Assembly (NCBI GenBank): GCA_965208125.1
Contig: OZ242320.1
Span: 704,001-768,000 of the forward strand
Length of the DNA stretch: 64,000 bases
Reading direction: 5' to 3'
Source: Candidatus Latescibacterota bacterium
GTDB lineage: Bacteria > Latescibacterota > UBA2968
Part shown: piece by piece, positions 19,174 through 29,297 of the stretch
How the letters are laid out: each line of letters begins with the position of its first letter
Position numbering within the stretch: position 1 is the first letter of the stretch
Program-made: the position numbers and the translations under genes
Notes under the pieces: generated by a model
What the model saw: only the letters and a program-made list of their open reading frames with translations
What the model was told of the DNA's origin: nothing
Databases searched by the model: none

Positions 19174-19662
19174 CTACTCTCCGACATGCACCGGAATGGG
19201 AATGGTGCGAAAATCCACATGATCGCCATGCGTGACCTGGAGTTCAATCGTAGTTTCGCCTACCTTGAGACCCCGCAGGTGAAAATCAAACTTGCCGACA
19301 TCGCCAGGATCCTGAACAACTTCCAAAACCGTGGGATCGGCAATCGCCCATGTAAATCTGAAATCCGGATCATCTGGCGGGTCAATCTCGTCGCCATGGT
19401 CATCCAGAAAACGGATGCTCCAGTGTGGCGTTTCCTCATTGAGGGGGGCGTCGAGATGATCTTTCCGACCACCGCTGGCATCAATCTGCCCTTGATAATA
19501 GCGGAAAAAACGATTGCCCGAATCTATGATAACCAGACCCTCGGGTTCGAAATGCTCTTCCTGGTGAGACATAGGATCATCACTACCACAACCAATCACA
19601 AACAAAGTCAGAACTGCCACAGCAGCAAAAATGCGTTGAAACGAGTTTCTTACAAAAAACAT
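19174..19662 (-). CDS. Lipoprotein (His-containing, Ig-like), copy 1
   Basis: Lipobox VIGC, then HQEEH and HGDH. SD caggag before ATG 19662. Confidence 0.8.
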   Translation of the reverse strand: MFFVRNSFQRIFAAVAVLTLFVIGCGSDDPMSHQEEHFEPEGLVIIDSGNRFFRYYQGQIDASGGRKDHLDAPLNEETPHWSIRFLDDHGDEIDPPDDPDFRFTWAIADPTVLEVVQDPGDVGKFDFHLRGLKVGETTIELQVTHGDHVDFRTIPIPVHVGE

Positions 19663-19800
19663 GATAGTCTCCTGAATGGTAAAACCTGTACAGGACGCAC
19701 GGGTAGAGAACACATAGAGGGAGAGACTCTGCCCGCGCTCGCAAAAAAGACGTAAAAATATAAAAAATAATGCAAATTTCAGTATTAAGATATTCAGTAT

Positions 19801-20079
19801 TCAGGAAACTACTGGAGGGGATCGGCCCTGAGGCGAAAGGAAAAACTGGTGGGATAAAAATGTGAGATGCGGCAGAATAGCAAAACAACAGGCATATAAT
19901 ACACCAAAAACGACTATCGCACTGATAAGACCACTAAAGCTATAAACCCAATGGCAAACGAGGCAATGGATGTCATGTTCAACATGGTCAACCGCATGCC
20001 CAAAGGCAAAGACAAACGCGCCGATGAACAATATGGCGATCAGCCTTTTAACGAGTGGGTGTCTGAGGTAGAGATTCAT
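19801..20079 (-). CDS. DUF2946/CruR-like leader protein (His, CxxC, C-terminal RSPP), copy 1
   Basis: Hydrophobic N-terminus, HAVDHVEHDIHCLVCHW, ends PQGRSPPVVS. Confidence 0.72.
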   Translation of the reverse strand: MNLYLRHPLVKRLIAILFIGAFVFAFGHAVDHVEHDIHCLVCHWVYSFSGLISAIVVFGVLYACCFAILPHLTFLSHQFFLSPQGRSPPVVS

Positions 20080-20175
20080 TTTTAATACTATATAGGTCAT
20101 CTCGAGCAAACATTTTCTGCTACAAGTGGCGTTGATCTTTTTCGCCTCTTAAGTTCAAAGATAGAGCTTGACCCC

Positions 20176-20214
20176 AAAAAGAGCAAGCCCCAGATCAGCA
20201 GACTGAACTGGGGC
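20176..20214 (-). terminator. Intrinsic terminator after TonB receptor copy 2
   Basis: Hairpin gccccag...ctggggc followed by ttgctctttttt on the minus strand; homologous to 16837-16878. Confidence 0.6.
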
Positions 20215-20246
20215 GTAGTGAAGTGTCAGCATATCTGACCGCTAAA

Positions 20247-22448
20247 TTAAAAGAAAAACATCTTGTAATGCACTTTAACACTCCGCCCTGTTTCGGGCAT
20301 CACGGATCGAATGCGCGAAAGATGATTGCGGTATTCCGTATCCAAAAGGTTATCAACAGAGAGAATAATACTATGGCGGGTATGATTGGTGTTAATATCG
20401 CGCTGGGCATACACACCGAAAACAGCATAGCCATCCGTAGGCTCTTCGAATATATCCACCCGCTCTTGTCCTGCGACAAATTCCGCAGTCCCGCCAACCG
20501 TAAGATAGGGATGCTGATATGTCGTACTGCCCACAAACTTGAGCGGTGGCATCTCGGGCAAGGGCAACTGCTCATCCCGGTTCTCTCCACGCACATAACT
20601 GCCGTTCAATTCCAGATCCAAACGCGTATTCAAACGCCACCCCAGATACATCTCCAGACCCAAAAACCGAGCGGCAACACCATCGGCAGCGTAAATCGGC
20701 AGCAGTTGGGCAAAATTGATCTCTCCGGTATTGCGCGGGGCAATATAGGTATCAAACTCGTTCCAATATCCGCTCAAAACGAAATCGACGCCCGGTTGCA
20801 AATAGTGAAAAAAAACTTCGAAGCCCAGGCTCGTCTCGGCCCCGAGATCGACATTGCCCACCTCAAAAGTGTACGCAGCCAGATGCGGTCCATCGTTGTA
20901 AAGCTCTTCAATAGTAGGCTCCCGCTGGGATCGGCTGAAATTAAAACCGCCAGTTAGCTGATCGGTAATGTTCACAAGCGGACTAATTGCCGCAGACCAG
21001 GCGTGAAAGGTGCGACCTACATCGAGAGCCGCAATACTCCTTGTCGTCGGACGCGGATCAAAATCGGCATACGTATAACGCGCAGAAGCCTGAAATTCGA
21101 TATCGCGATAAATAAATTCGTGGTAGAGACCTAATGAAGCGCATTGCTCTCGCGTGGGCGGCGTAAAAACAAAACCCCCCAATTTGAGGTTATGATGGCC
21201 AAAGCCGAGGGACAGAACGGTATTTCGCGTCTGACCCTGCGTGTTCATAAGCAATTTGAGATCACCGCGGTAGTCGTGGAACAAAAACTCGGACCCAATA
21301 CTGCCGCTGGACTCGTACTCGAAGTGGTGATAGAAGGTCCTGGTAAAATCCATTTCTACACTACTGAACACCTGGTGATCAAAATGGAAGGCCGCCCTGC
21401 CATCAAATATCCGACGATCAATATCCAGATCTACGCCATTGGGATGCCCGCCAATAAATCCACCGGGAATGCCGTATTGGGTATCGAACTGATCAAACGA
21501 GGCACCGATATACCCCCGGTCAGTCGGGTATGACAGACCGAGCGTATGTGTGCGCGTATCAATAGGTGTATTGACAAGCCTGCCAATGGGCGTTTGCACA
21601 TCCCGGGTATTGCGGTACGTAGTCTCGGCATACAGCGCAAGCGGACCCACAGGCACTGTAATCCCAGCGGCAGAGAGATACCCTCGATTGACCGTCTCGC
21701 CATAAGCACCAACACTGCCAGAAACGCGCTGCGGATGGTCTTCCGGTATCTTCTGTTTGACGACATTGATAACCCCACCAATAGCCGATGCCGTGTGAAG
21801 CAGGATGCGCGGTCCCCGAATAATTTCGAGGCGTTCTGAATTAAAAGGCTCAAGCGTAACCGCGTGATCAGCAGAAGTAGCGGATAAATCTCGAGTCTCC
21901 ATACCATCTATATTAATCTGCACGCGGTCGCCACTGAGGCCACGTATAACTGGTCGAGCAGGTGCAGGCCCCATGCTGCGGATGGCGACGCCGATTTCGT
22001 TTTTCATCGTCTCTGCAAGCGTGAGACTGTACTTCTTCTGAAGTTCATCTCCAGAAAGCACGCCAGTCGCTTCGTACAATTCTTCAAAGCGCGTCTCTGC
22101 ACTTTGGGCGACCACCTCAATGGTATCCGCAACAATTTCCCGGGCAACCATTTCGATGTACAAAATGGGCAATTTCTCATCCGAAACCCTTATTTCCCGA
22201 CTCACCAATCCATACCCGACACGAAAAAAAGACAGGCGATAAACACCCTCCGGCAGACGCAAGATAAAACGGCCCCGATCATCGGTTGTTGTACCCACCG
22301 CGTCATCATCGAGTATGATATCGACATTGTCAATTGTGCGTTGGGTCTTGTGATCAAAAACATATCCCTCGAGCAAACGCATTTCACTCGATGCGTTGAT
22401 CGCGGAAAAGCAGACCACAAAAACGAGAATGAAGGCTGTAAATCTCAA
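20247..22448 (-). CDS. TonB-dependent receptor (ZnuD-like), copy 2
   Basis: Paralog of 16904-19105; AGGAGG SD upstream of TTG 22448. Confidence 0.9.
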   Translation of the reverse strand: MRFTAFILVFVVCFSAINASSEMRLLEGYVFDHKTQRTIDNVDIILDDDAVGTTTDDRGRFILRLPEGVYRLSFFRVGYGLVSREIRVSDEKLPILYIEMVAREIVADTIEVVAQSAETRFEELYEATGVLSGDELQKKYSLTLAETMKNEIGVAIRSMGPAPARPVIRGLSGDRVQINIDGMETRDLSATSADHAVTLEPFNSERLEIIRGPRILLHTASAIGGVINVVKQKIPEDHPQRVSGSVGAYGETVNRGYLSAAGITVPVGPLALYAETTYRNTRDVQTPIGRLVNTPIDTRTHTLGLSYPTDRGYIGASFDQFDTQYGIPGGFIGGHPNGVDLDIDRRIFDGRAAFHFDHQVFSSVEMDFTRTFYHHFEYESSGSIGSEFLFHDYRGDLKLLMNTQGQTRNTVLSLGFGHHNLKLGGFVFTPPTREQCASLGLYHEFIYRDIEFQASARYTYADFDPRPTTRSIAALDVGRTFHAWSAAISPLVNITDQLTGGFNFSRSQREPTIEELYNDGPHLAAYTFEVGNVDLGAETSLGFEVFFHYLQPGVDFVLSGYWNEFDTYIAPRNTGEINFAQLLPIYAADGVAARFLGLEMYLGWRLNTRLDLELNGSYVRGENRDEQLPLPEMPPLKFVGSTTYQHPYLTVGGTAEFVAGQERVDIFEEPTDGYAVFGVYAQRDINTNHTRHSIILSVDNLLDTEYRNHLSRIRSVMPETGRSVKVHYKMFFF

Positions 22449-22512
22449 AACATACCTCCTATAAAAAGCCCTCACCCTGTGTCTGAAAGACCGGGTGAGG
22501 GCAAAGCAGTTA

Positions 22513-23001
22513 CTACTCTCCGACATGCACGGGAATGGGAATCGTGCGAAAATCCACATGATCGCCATGCGTGACCTGGAGTTCAATCGTAGTTTCGCCT
22601 ACCTTGAGACCGCGCAGGTGAAAATCAAACTTGCCGACATCGCCAGGATCCTGAACAACTTCCAAAACCGTGGGATCGGCAATCGCCCATGTAAATCTGA
22701 AATCCGGATCATCTGGCGGGTCAATCTCGTCGCCATGGTCATCCAGAAAACGGATGCTCCAGTGTGGCGTTTCCTCATTGAGGGGGGCGTCGAGATGATC
22801 TTTCCGACCACCGCTGGCATCAATCTGCCCTTGATAATAGCGGAAAAAACGATTGCCCGAATCTATGATAACCAGACCCTCGGGTTCGAAATGCTCTTCC
22901 TGATGAGACGTGGGATCGTCACTACCACAACCGATCACAAAGAAAGTCAGAACTGCCATAGCAGCAAAGTTGCGTTGAAAAGATTTTCTACTAAAAAACA
23001 T
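22513..23001 (-). CDS. Lipoprotein, copy 2
   Basis: Lipobox VIGC; mature part almost identical to copy 1. Confidence 0.82.
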   Translation of the reverse strand: MFFSRKSFQRNFAAMAVLTFFVIGCGSDDPTSHQEEHFEPEGLVIIDSGNRFFRYYQGQIDASGGRKDHLDAPLNEETPHWSIRFLDDHGDEIDPPDDPDFRFTWAIADPTVLEVVQDPGDVGKFDFHLRGLKVGETTIELQVTHGDHVDFRTIPIPVHVGE

Positions 23002-23140
23002 GATATAGTCTCCTGAATGGTAAAACCTGTACAGTACGCACGGGTAGAGAACACGCAGAGGAAGCCCCTCTTATGCCCGCACAAAAAGGCACAAAAATAC
23101 AGAAAAATAATGCAAACTTTAGTATTGAGATATTCAGTAT

Positions 23141-23428
23141 TCAGAAGACTACTGGAGGGGATCGACTCTGAGGTGAAAGGGAAAACTGGTGGGATAAAAA
23201 TGTGGGATGCGGCAGAGCCAAAAAATAACAGGCGTATAATACACCAAAAACGACTATGGCACTGATAAGACCACTAAAACTATAAACCCAATGGCAAACG
23301 AAGCAATGGGTGTCATGTTCACCATGTTCACCATGGTCAACCGCATGCCCAAAGGCAAGGGCAAACGCGCCGACGAGCAATATGACGATCAGCGTTTTAA
23401 CGAGCGGGGGTCTGAGGTAGAGATTCAT
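23141..23428 (-). CDS. DUF2946/CruR-like leader protein, copy 2
   Basis: HGEHGEHDTHCFVCHW; ends PQSRSPPVVF. Confidence 0.72.
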   Translation of the reverse strand: MNLYLRPPLVKTLIVILLVGAFALAFGHAVDHGEHGEHDTHCFVCHWVYSFSGLISAIVVFGVLYACYFLALPHPTFLSHQFSLSPQSRSPPVVF

Positions 23429-23481
23429 TTTTAATACTATATGGGGCTACCACGAGCAAAAATAGTTGTCTATCAGTGCGT

Positions 23482-23958
23482 CTATTTGTCCCCTGCGGAA
23501 TGCGCTCGCAATTGTCTAATCGATTGCAATCGCAAAAGTAGCTTTTCGAGATTTGATTTTAGCTCTTTTTGGATCTCGACCATTTGCTCGGGCGTCACCT
23601 GTAGATCTTCTTTTTCGTGATGGTGATCATGGCCGTGATCATGGCCGTGATCATGGCCGTGATCATGGGCCTCTGCCGAGTCATCTCCCGGCACTTCAAC
23701 CACATTTTTTTCCCACAATTCAAAGTCTTTTTCGATAACCTGAAGACTATCGCGTATTTCCACAGCATGATGTGAAAGTGACTTTAGACTATCCAGTTGA
23801 TTCTCAAATTGCTTTTCAATTTCCATCATCGCCTTGTGAATATCCGCCGCCTGTTGCAAGTGGTGTGCATCTTCTTTATTTTCTCCCTGGCAAGAAACAA
23901 AGAACGCAAACACTATAACACTTATCACTTTGAGCCGCATTGGATTTTGTTTCTCCAT
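23482..23958 (-). CDS. His-rich coiled-coil lipoprotein
   Basis: Lipobox FVSC; HDHGHDHGHDHGHDHHH encoded by a 12-bp tandem repeat near 23623-23668. Confidence 0.8.
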   Translation of the reverse strand: MEKQNPMRLKVISVIVFAFFVSCQGENKEDAHHLQQAADIHKAMMEIEKQFENQLDSLKSLSHHAVEIRDSLQVIEKDFELWEKNVVEVPGDDSAEAHDHGHDHGHDHGHDHHHEKEDLQVTPEQMVEIQKELKSNLEKLLLRLQSIRQLRAHSAGDK

Positions 23959-23986
23959 ATTTTACGTCTCCTTTCACATGTTTATC

Positions 23987-24385
23987 CTATTTTTCACAAT
24001 CATCTTTGCGACATAAATGATGATTCCGAATATGGCCTGAGATCAAAAATCCCGACCCTAAAACGGTCCCCACCCGTTCCCCTATTTCCCCAAAAAGATC
24101 ATGGCCAACCATAACCATTACGACGAGGAGGGACAGCCCGAAGATACCGAAACCAATGACAAATTGATCTTTATGACGGCGACACCCCAATCCAAGAGCA
24201 AGAATGCTGGTGGGCAGAATCAGCCACATCAAAAGCGCATGAAAATGTTCATCGCCAACAAATGTAGTTGCCAACAACGGAAACGCAATAAGTGCAACAG
24301 GCAACGTCAAACAATGGATCGCACACATTGTTGAAAGAACAATGGCGATTTTGTCACCTGCGGTTTGATAGCTCAAACGCGCCAT
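23987..24385 (-). CDS. MerC-domain membrane protein
   Basis: DK.AI.LS.MCAIHCL.LP, four hydrophobic helices, GCRRH and H..N. Confidence 0.82.
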   Translation of the reverse strand: MARLSYQTAGDKIAIVLSTMCAIHCLTLPVALIAFPLLATTFVGDEHFHALLMWLILPTSILALGLGCRRHKDQFVIGFGIFGLSLLVVMVMVGHDLFGEIGERVGTVLGSGFLISGHIRNHHLCRKDDCEK

Positions 24386-24420
24386 TTATTATCTCCTTTT
24401 TATTCATAATAACTACACAC

Positions 24421-24954
24421 TTAATATGTATCACCAGGATTGTTTTTCATATCGCGCTTATCCACCACCTCGGCTTTGCTGATGCGAAAAAAGAGTTCGG
24501 AAGGATCTTTTTGCAACAATTCCAGGCGACCTGTAATAGTAACGGGATAATAAGTAAAATCAATCGGTTTGCTCGGGTGAATATCTACCAGAGACTCAGG
24601 CCCACCCCCGCCTACACAAAATGAACATCCCCCAAGTGAATACGGGGTCAAAACAAAACGCGCCTGTTTTTTTTGAGCCGATAGCGGAATCATAAACCCG
24701 ACAAGCTCGACGTATTTGCCATTCATTTTTTTTAACGTATCGGAAAAAATGGGTATAAAGGTCGGCGCATAAGGATCATAACTCACCGTCGCAAGGGTTT
24801 CCCAAAGCGACCCCTTCATCATCTGGGGCAGTGGAGACGCCTGAAGCTCTGGGCGATGGTCTGTTGACGAGGGCGGTGTCTCACTGCCAGTATCTATTCT
24901 CAAAACCACAGCAAATAACAAAATAAACATTACCGTGCGTTGTATATACATCAC
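24421..24954 (-). CDS. DUF3299-family (ZrgD-like) protein
   Basis: NGK.V.L.GFMIPL, F.L.PY...C..C, V.ITG.L; follows an ABC permease. Confidence 0.72.
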   Translation of the reverse strand: MMYIQRTVMFILLFAVVLRIDTGSETPPSSTDHRPELQASPLPQMMKGSLWETLATVSYDPYAPTFIPIFSDTLKKMNGKYVELVGFMIPLSAQKKQARFVLTPYSLGGCSFCVGGGGPESLVDIHPSKPIDFTYYPVTITGRLELLQKDPSELFFRISKAEVVDKRDMKNNPGDTY

Positions 24955-26225
24955 GATACCTCCACCAGTGTTTGTGCAACATCTGTCCGATAGACCTGAA
25001 GCGCGGGTATAAGAGCCGATACACTACCCAACACAAGCGCCAGACCAATGAGCCAGAATTCATCGGATAAAATAATCCATCCCGTCAAATTTATATGCTG
25101 TGCCTCGCGCACCCATGCGCCAATCACTTCCGTGCTGGCATGCCCAAGCACAAAGCCCAATCCCGTGCCCATAAATGTAAGCAAAATCCCCTCCAAAAGC
25201 ACCTGAACAAAAAGTTTACCGCGACTTGCCCCCAAAGCACGCATCATAGCCAGATCGTATCGCCGATCTTTCATCGCATTATAAAGTGCCACAAAAATGC
25301 TCAACGCCGCTGCAAACACCAGAACCCCACCAAAAACCCGCACCACCTCCAACCCAACACCGAGCAATGCAAAAAGGCGCGTTGTCTCAAATGCGGGGGA
25401 CGCAGCCTGAAATTTGGTCTCTTTATTAACATACCTCGGAAATGACACGGCTGCAATAGGTGAACGATAGCGAATCAACAAACCCGTAACTTCGCGCTCG
25501 GCATCGGCTTCACTGTCCATCGGCAAACCCAGAACATCGCGTGCGCGGTTCTCATCGGCCTGGCTCTCCAGGTGGTGATCCAGTCCATCGCCCTCTTCTT
25601 CATGCGGTTCGTGAACCAGCCAGACCGTTTCCACAGCAGTCAGTAACAGACGGTCAATAATCGAACCCGTTGGTTGCAAAACACCCACCACGCGAAACGG
25701 TTGCGATTCGTGTTGTTCAGAAGCCGTTTCTGCGGTCAAACCATGCGAACTAATAACCTCATCGCCCAGTGCAAGACCTGTCTCTCTGGCAACCTGCGCG
25801 CCTACAACCACCTGGTATGGTCCATCCCAAAAAGTACCATCAACCAACTCCGCCCGGTAGTGTTTGGCGTATGCGGATGTCGTTCCCACAATGCGATATC
25901 CCCGATAATTATCCCCCAACGCCAGAGGTATCACCTGTGCAACTGCTCTGTTTTTTGCCAGTTCACGCGCCTCTAAAAGCGGAATATTTCCCGTTGGCAC
26001 GTCAACGTGAAATATACTGGATAAAATCAATTGCAGGGGACTGCCCTTAGCACCCACAACGACATCAATATTTTGAACATTGCGGTGCAAATTCTCTTCA
26101 AATTGTTCGCCAAAAAGCAACAAAACAACGACAATACCCGTTCCAAGCCCCAACAATATCATATTGAGCAATGTATTCAACTTGCGCCGATAAATATAGG
26201 CCAGACTAATTTTGAAGAGATTCAT
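24951..26225 (-). CDS. FtsX/MacB-type ABC permease (ZrgC-like)
   Basis: VVGAKGSPLQLILSSIFH, PTGNI, LGDNYRG and MRALGA. Confidence 0.88.
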   Translation of the reverse strand: MNLFKISLAYIYRRKLNTLLNMILLGLGTGIVVVLLLFGEQFEENLHRNVQNIDVVVGAKGSPLQLILSSIFHVDVPTGNIPLLEARELAKNRAVAQVIPLALGDNYRGYRIVGTTSAYAKHYRAELVDGTFWDGPYQVVVGAQVARETGLALGDEVISSHGLTAETASEQHESQPFRVVGVLQPTGSIIDRLLLTAVETVWLVHEPHEEEGDGLDHHLESQADENRARDVLGLPMDSEADAEREVTGLLIRYRSPIAAVSFPRYVNKETKFQAASPAFETTRLFALLGVGLEVVRVFGGVLVFAAALSIFVALYNAMKDRRYDLAMMRALGASRGKLFVQVLLEGILLTFMGTGLGFVLGHASTEVIGAWVREAQHINLTGWIILSDEFWLIGLALVLGSVSALIPALQVYRTDVAQTLVEVS

Positions 26226-26875
26226 GCGGGCAATCCCACCTGTTCATCGAGCGCAATACAATGGTCAAAATTATCGGTAATACGATGATCATGTGAGGCC
26301 ACCACCAGAGTAGCCTGAACCTCTTGCGCCGATGACGTGAGCAAATCCAACACCTGTTTGCTGCGCGCGTCATCCAATCCAGATGTCGGTTCATCGGCCA
26401 ACAGCAATTGGGGGCGGTTAACAACAGCCCGAGCGATTGCCACGCGCTGTTGTTGACCAAAACTCAGTTCCGATGGATAAGCATGTTCGCGACCTGCGAG
26501 ACCGAGAGCCGCAAGCACCTGTTGAACACGCGCTTTGTCCTGCTGTACACCGGCCATATAATGCGCCATAAGCAAATTTTCCAGCACCGTAAAAACCGGG
26601 AACAGGTGAAATTGTTGAAAAACAATGCCAATGCGTTGCCCGCGAAATTGATCACGAGCGGTTTCTGTCAGTGCATAAATATCCTGTTTGGCAATATGCA
26701 CACTGCCCTGTGAGGGCTTTAACAAACCAGCTATAATATGCAAAAGCGTCGTCTTCCCGCTTCCCGATGGCCCGTGCAACAGCCATTTTTCATCGGGCTG
26801 AGCCTCAATATATTCTGGCAAGTCCAATACAAGACGACCGCCATAAACATGCCCAACGTGTTTAAGTGCAAACAT
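26222..26875 (-). CDS. ABC transporter ATP-binding protein (ZrgB-like)
   Basis: GPSGSGKTT, LSFGQQQR, LLLADEPT and SHD. Start taken as ATG 26875. Confidence 0.9.
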   Translation of the reverse strand: MFALKHVGHVYGGRLVLDLPEYIEAQPDEKWLLHGPSGSGKTTLLHIIAGLLKPSQGSVHIAKQDIYALTETARDQFRGQRIGIVFQQFHLFPVFTVLENLLMAHYMAGVQQDKARVQQVLAALGLAGREHAYPSELSFGQQQRVAIARAVVNRPQLLLADEPTSGLDDARSKQVLDLLTSSAQEVQATLVVASHDHRITDNFDHCIALDEQVGLPA

Positions 26876-26949
26876 GAGATAGTACTCAAAAAATGCGATG
26901 TGTGACTTCAAAATGTGCCGTCAAAATCGAGCGGATGAGGCAGTTTCGG

Positions 26950-28170
26950 TCATGCGGGCTCCTCGGTCATGATAAGCTCCGGAAACGGGTTCCGGAACCC
27001 TGCCCAGGTCTTGCTGTTAGCGGAGGCGAGGCGCTCGTCGAGCAGGCACGCGTCGAGGCGAGCGCGCATCGACGCCTCGTGCATCTGCTGGCCGATGAAG
27101 ACGAGTTGCTGCGCGCGATCGCCGAAGCGAGGATGCCAGTCCGGATGCTGGTCAGGGCGCTGACCCTCGGGGTGCCCCCAGTGTTCGCGAGGCACGGCCG
27201 CCCACCACATCCCGACGGGGTTCACATTGATGACGCCGCCGGCTTGAGACCACTCGTAGAGGATCCGATGGTCAGCGGCGACCCAGAAGAAGCCCTTCGA
27301 GCGGAGCACGCCGCGCCAGTTCTCGTCGTCGTGCAGAAGCGCCCACAGCTTCTCGGCGTCGAAGGGCTGCGACGTCCGATAGGTGAAGCTCGAAATCCCG
27401 TACTCCTCGGTCTCCGGCGTGTGCTCACCCTGAAGCTCTCGAATCCAGCCGGCGGAGTGCGCCGCCTTCTCGTAGTCGAACAGGCCCGTGTCGAGCACGC
27501 ATTCGAGCGGGACCTGTCCGTGCGTCGCCATGAGGACCTTCGCGCCGGGGTTGAACGCTTTCACGATGGCCTCGACCTCGAGAGCCTGATCGTCGCTCAC
27601 GAGATCGAGCTTGTTCAGCACGATGACGTCGGCGAACTCGATCTGGTCGATGAGCAGGTCGGTCACCGTCCGGTGATCTTCTTCGCCCAGCGACTCACCG
27701 CGGTCTTGGAGCGCCTCGGAGGCGTTGTAGTCCCGCAGGAAGCGCGCCGCGTCCACGACTGTGACCATTGTATCGAGGCGCGAAACCTGACCCAGGCTCA
27801 CACCGTTCTCGTCCTCGAAGGTGAAGGTCTGCGCGACGGGAATGGGCTCCGAGATCCCCGTGGACTCGATGAGCAGGTAGTCGAAGCGTCCCTCCTGCGC
27901 GAGCCGTGAGACCTCGGCGAGCAGGTCGTCTCGCAGCGTGCAGCAGATGCAGCCGTTCGACATCTCGATCAGCTTCTCCTCGGTCCGCGAGAGTTCCGCA
28001 CCGCCGCGCTCAACGAGCGTCGCGTCGATGTTGACCTCGCTCATATCGTTGACGATGACCGCGACGCGCATGCCCTCGCGGTTGTTGAGCACGTTGTTGA
28101 GTAGAGTGGTCTTACCTGCGCCGAGAAAGCCGGACAGGACAGTAACGGGAAGTCTCTCTGACAGGGGCAC
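26950..28170 (-). CDS. COG0523/CobW-family zinc metallochaperone GTPase (ZigA/YciC-like)
   Basis: [24 protein letters not shown] and CobW_C domain. GTG start at 28170. Confidence 0.93.
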   Translation of the reverse strand: MPLSERLPVTVLSGFLGAGKTTLLNNVLNNREGMRVAVIVNDMSEVNIDATLVERGGAELSRTEEKLIEMSNGCICCTLRDDLLAEVSRLAQEGRFDYLLIESTGISEPIPVAQTFTFEDENGVSLGQVSRLDTMVTVVDAARFLRDYNASEALQDRGESLGEEDHRTVTDLLIDQIEFADVIVLNKLDLVSDDQALEVEAIVKAFNPGAKVLMATHGQVPLECVLDTGLFDYEKAAHSAGWIRELQGEHTPETEEYGISSFTYRTSQPFDAEKLWALLHDDENWRGVLRSKGFFWVAADHRILYEWSQAGGVINVNPVGMWWAAVPREHWGHPEGQRPDQHPDWHPRFGDRAQQLVFIGQQMHEASMRARLDACLLDERLASANSKTWAGFRNPFPELIMTEEPA

Positions 28171-28250
28171 TTTAGTTTCCTCTCTTAAAGGGTGATGACA
28201 TACAACAGCGAATCGTTCAAACCGGTGGCGATTCAGTTTGCGGTCGTGCT

Positions 28251-29297
28251 TCACCTGTTGCCCACTCGCCAAACCGTTGCGCCGCCCTGAGCGTCGAGCG
28301 CAGCAAGCCCGCGTCCATCTGGTCGCCAGTACAAGGCGCTGACAACATCTGCCATAAGCGCAACTCCTATCGGATTGCCTTGTCCATCGCGCCTAAGTGA
28401 CCACACAACTACGCCGCCATCCCGAGCTCCCGAGGCCAAGCGCATCCCGCGGCGAGCGAAGGCGAGCGTTGTAACAGTTTGAACATGAAGTTCTAGAGCG
28501 CCGGGCCGCGTGCCTTCGGGACCACTTCCCCAGAAGCTCCAGACCGTCACCGCCTCGCCTCCGCCGGTGGCCAAAAGGGTGCCAGTGTCATCGAAGGCCA
28601 AGGCCGACGGCTTGGCAGGATATCCTGACATCATCGAGTCCTGCTCCGTGGAGCGACGCCAGAAATGCACCGAGTTGTCCTGGCTGCCGCAGGCCACGAT
28701 ATCCCCGTCCGGGCTCAGTACCATCGACACCAGGGAGCCCCTCCACTCCAGCTTCTGGCGAAGTTCTCCAGTAGATGCGTCGAAGAACGTCACCCGACCG
28801 TAACAGGCCGTCGCCAGCTCCCCTGCGCTGGACCAGGCAATCGCGCTGACGGTGCTGGGATGATCATCAGATCGCCAGACTTCTCCGCCGTCCACACCAT
28901 ACGCGCAAACCTGCCGGGAGCAGGAGGCCGCCAGCCATTGGCCGTCCGGCGACCACGCCACGTTCTCCACCCAATCGCTGCCGACATCGATAGCCTGTTT
29001 TACCTGACCTTCGGCGACACCCCAGATAAGGACTCGTCCGTCCTGGCCAGCCGTAGCGAACGCGGTTCCGCTCGGGTGGATCGCCATCGCGAGCACACCG
29101 CCATCATGAGCTCCCTGCCGGGCCCAGGCACTTGCGCCGGACTTGCCGTCGAACGCGTAGATGCCACCCGCGGCGTCACTGACCACCAGCGCCTCACCGC
29201 GGAGGGTCCAGCCCCCGGCGATGGCGTAGTCGCCGACCGCCGCAGACCAGCCCCGGCGAAGAACACCCTTTGAGCTGACGACATTCAAATCAGACAT
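28251..29297 (-). CDS. WD40-repeat beta-propeller protein
   Basis: Repeated ATAGQDG.V.IW, AWSPDG and ASGARDG.V.VW units. Confidence 0.9.
   Translation of the reverse strand: MSDLNVVSSKGVLRRGWSAAVGDYAIAGGWTLRGEALVVSDAAGGIYAFDGKSGASAWARQGAHDGGVLAMAIHPSGTAFATAGQDGRVLIWGVAEGQVKQAIDVGSDWVENVAWSPDGQWLAASCSRQVCAYGVDGGEVWRSDDHPSTVSAIAWSSAGELATACYGRVTFFDASTGELRQKLEWRGSLVSMVLSPDGDIVACGSQDNSVHFWRRSTEQDSMMSGYPAKPSALAFDDTGTLLATGGGEAVTVWSFWGSGPEGTRPGALELHVQTVTTLAFARRGMRLASGARDGGVVVWSLRRDGQGNPIGVALMADVVSALYWRPDGRGLAALDAQGGATVWRVGNR

Larger units (their letters stand above)
16820..23460 (-). repeat. Tandem duplication of a ~3.3 kb unit (leader ORF, lipoprotein, TonB receptor, terminator)
   Basis: ~16820-20110 aligns with ~20160-23460; the proteins are clearly paralogous with long identical DNA stretches. 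Confidence 0.95.

Noticed and set aside
23623-23668. 12-bp tandem repeat as a phase-variation switch
   Set aside because: The unit is a multiple of 3 and only encodes HDHG, so length changes would not shift the frame.
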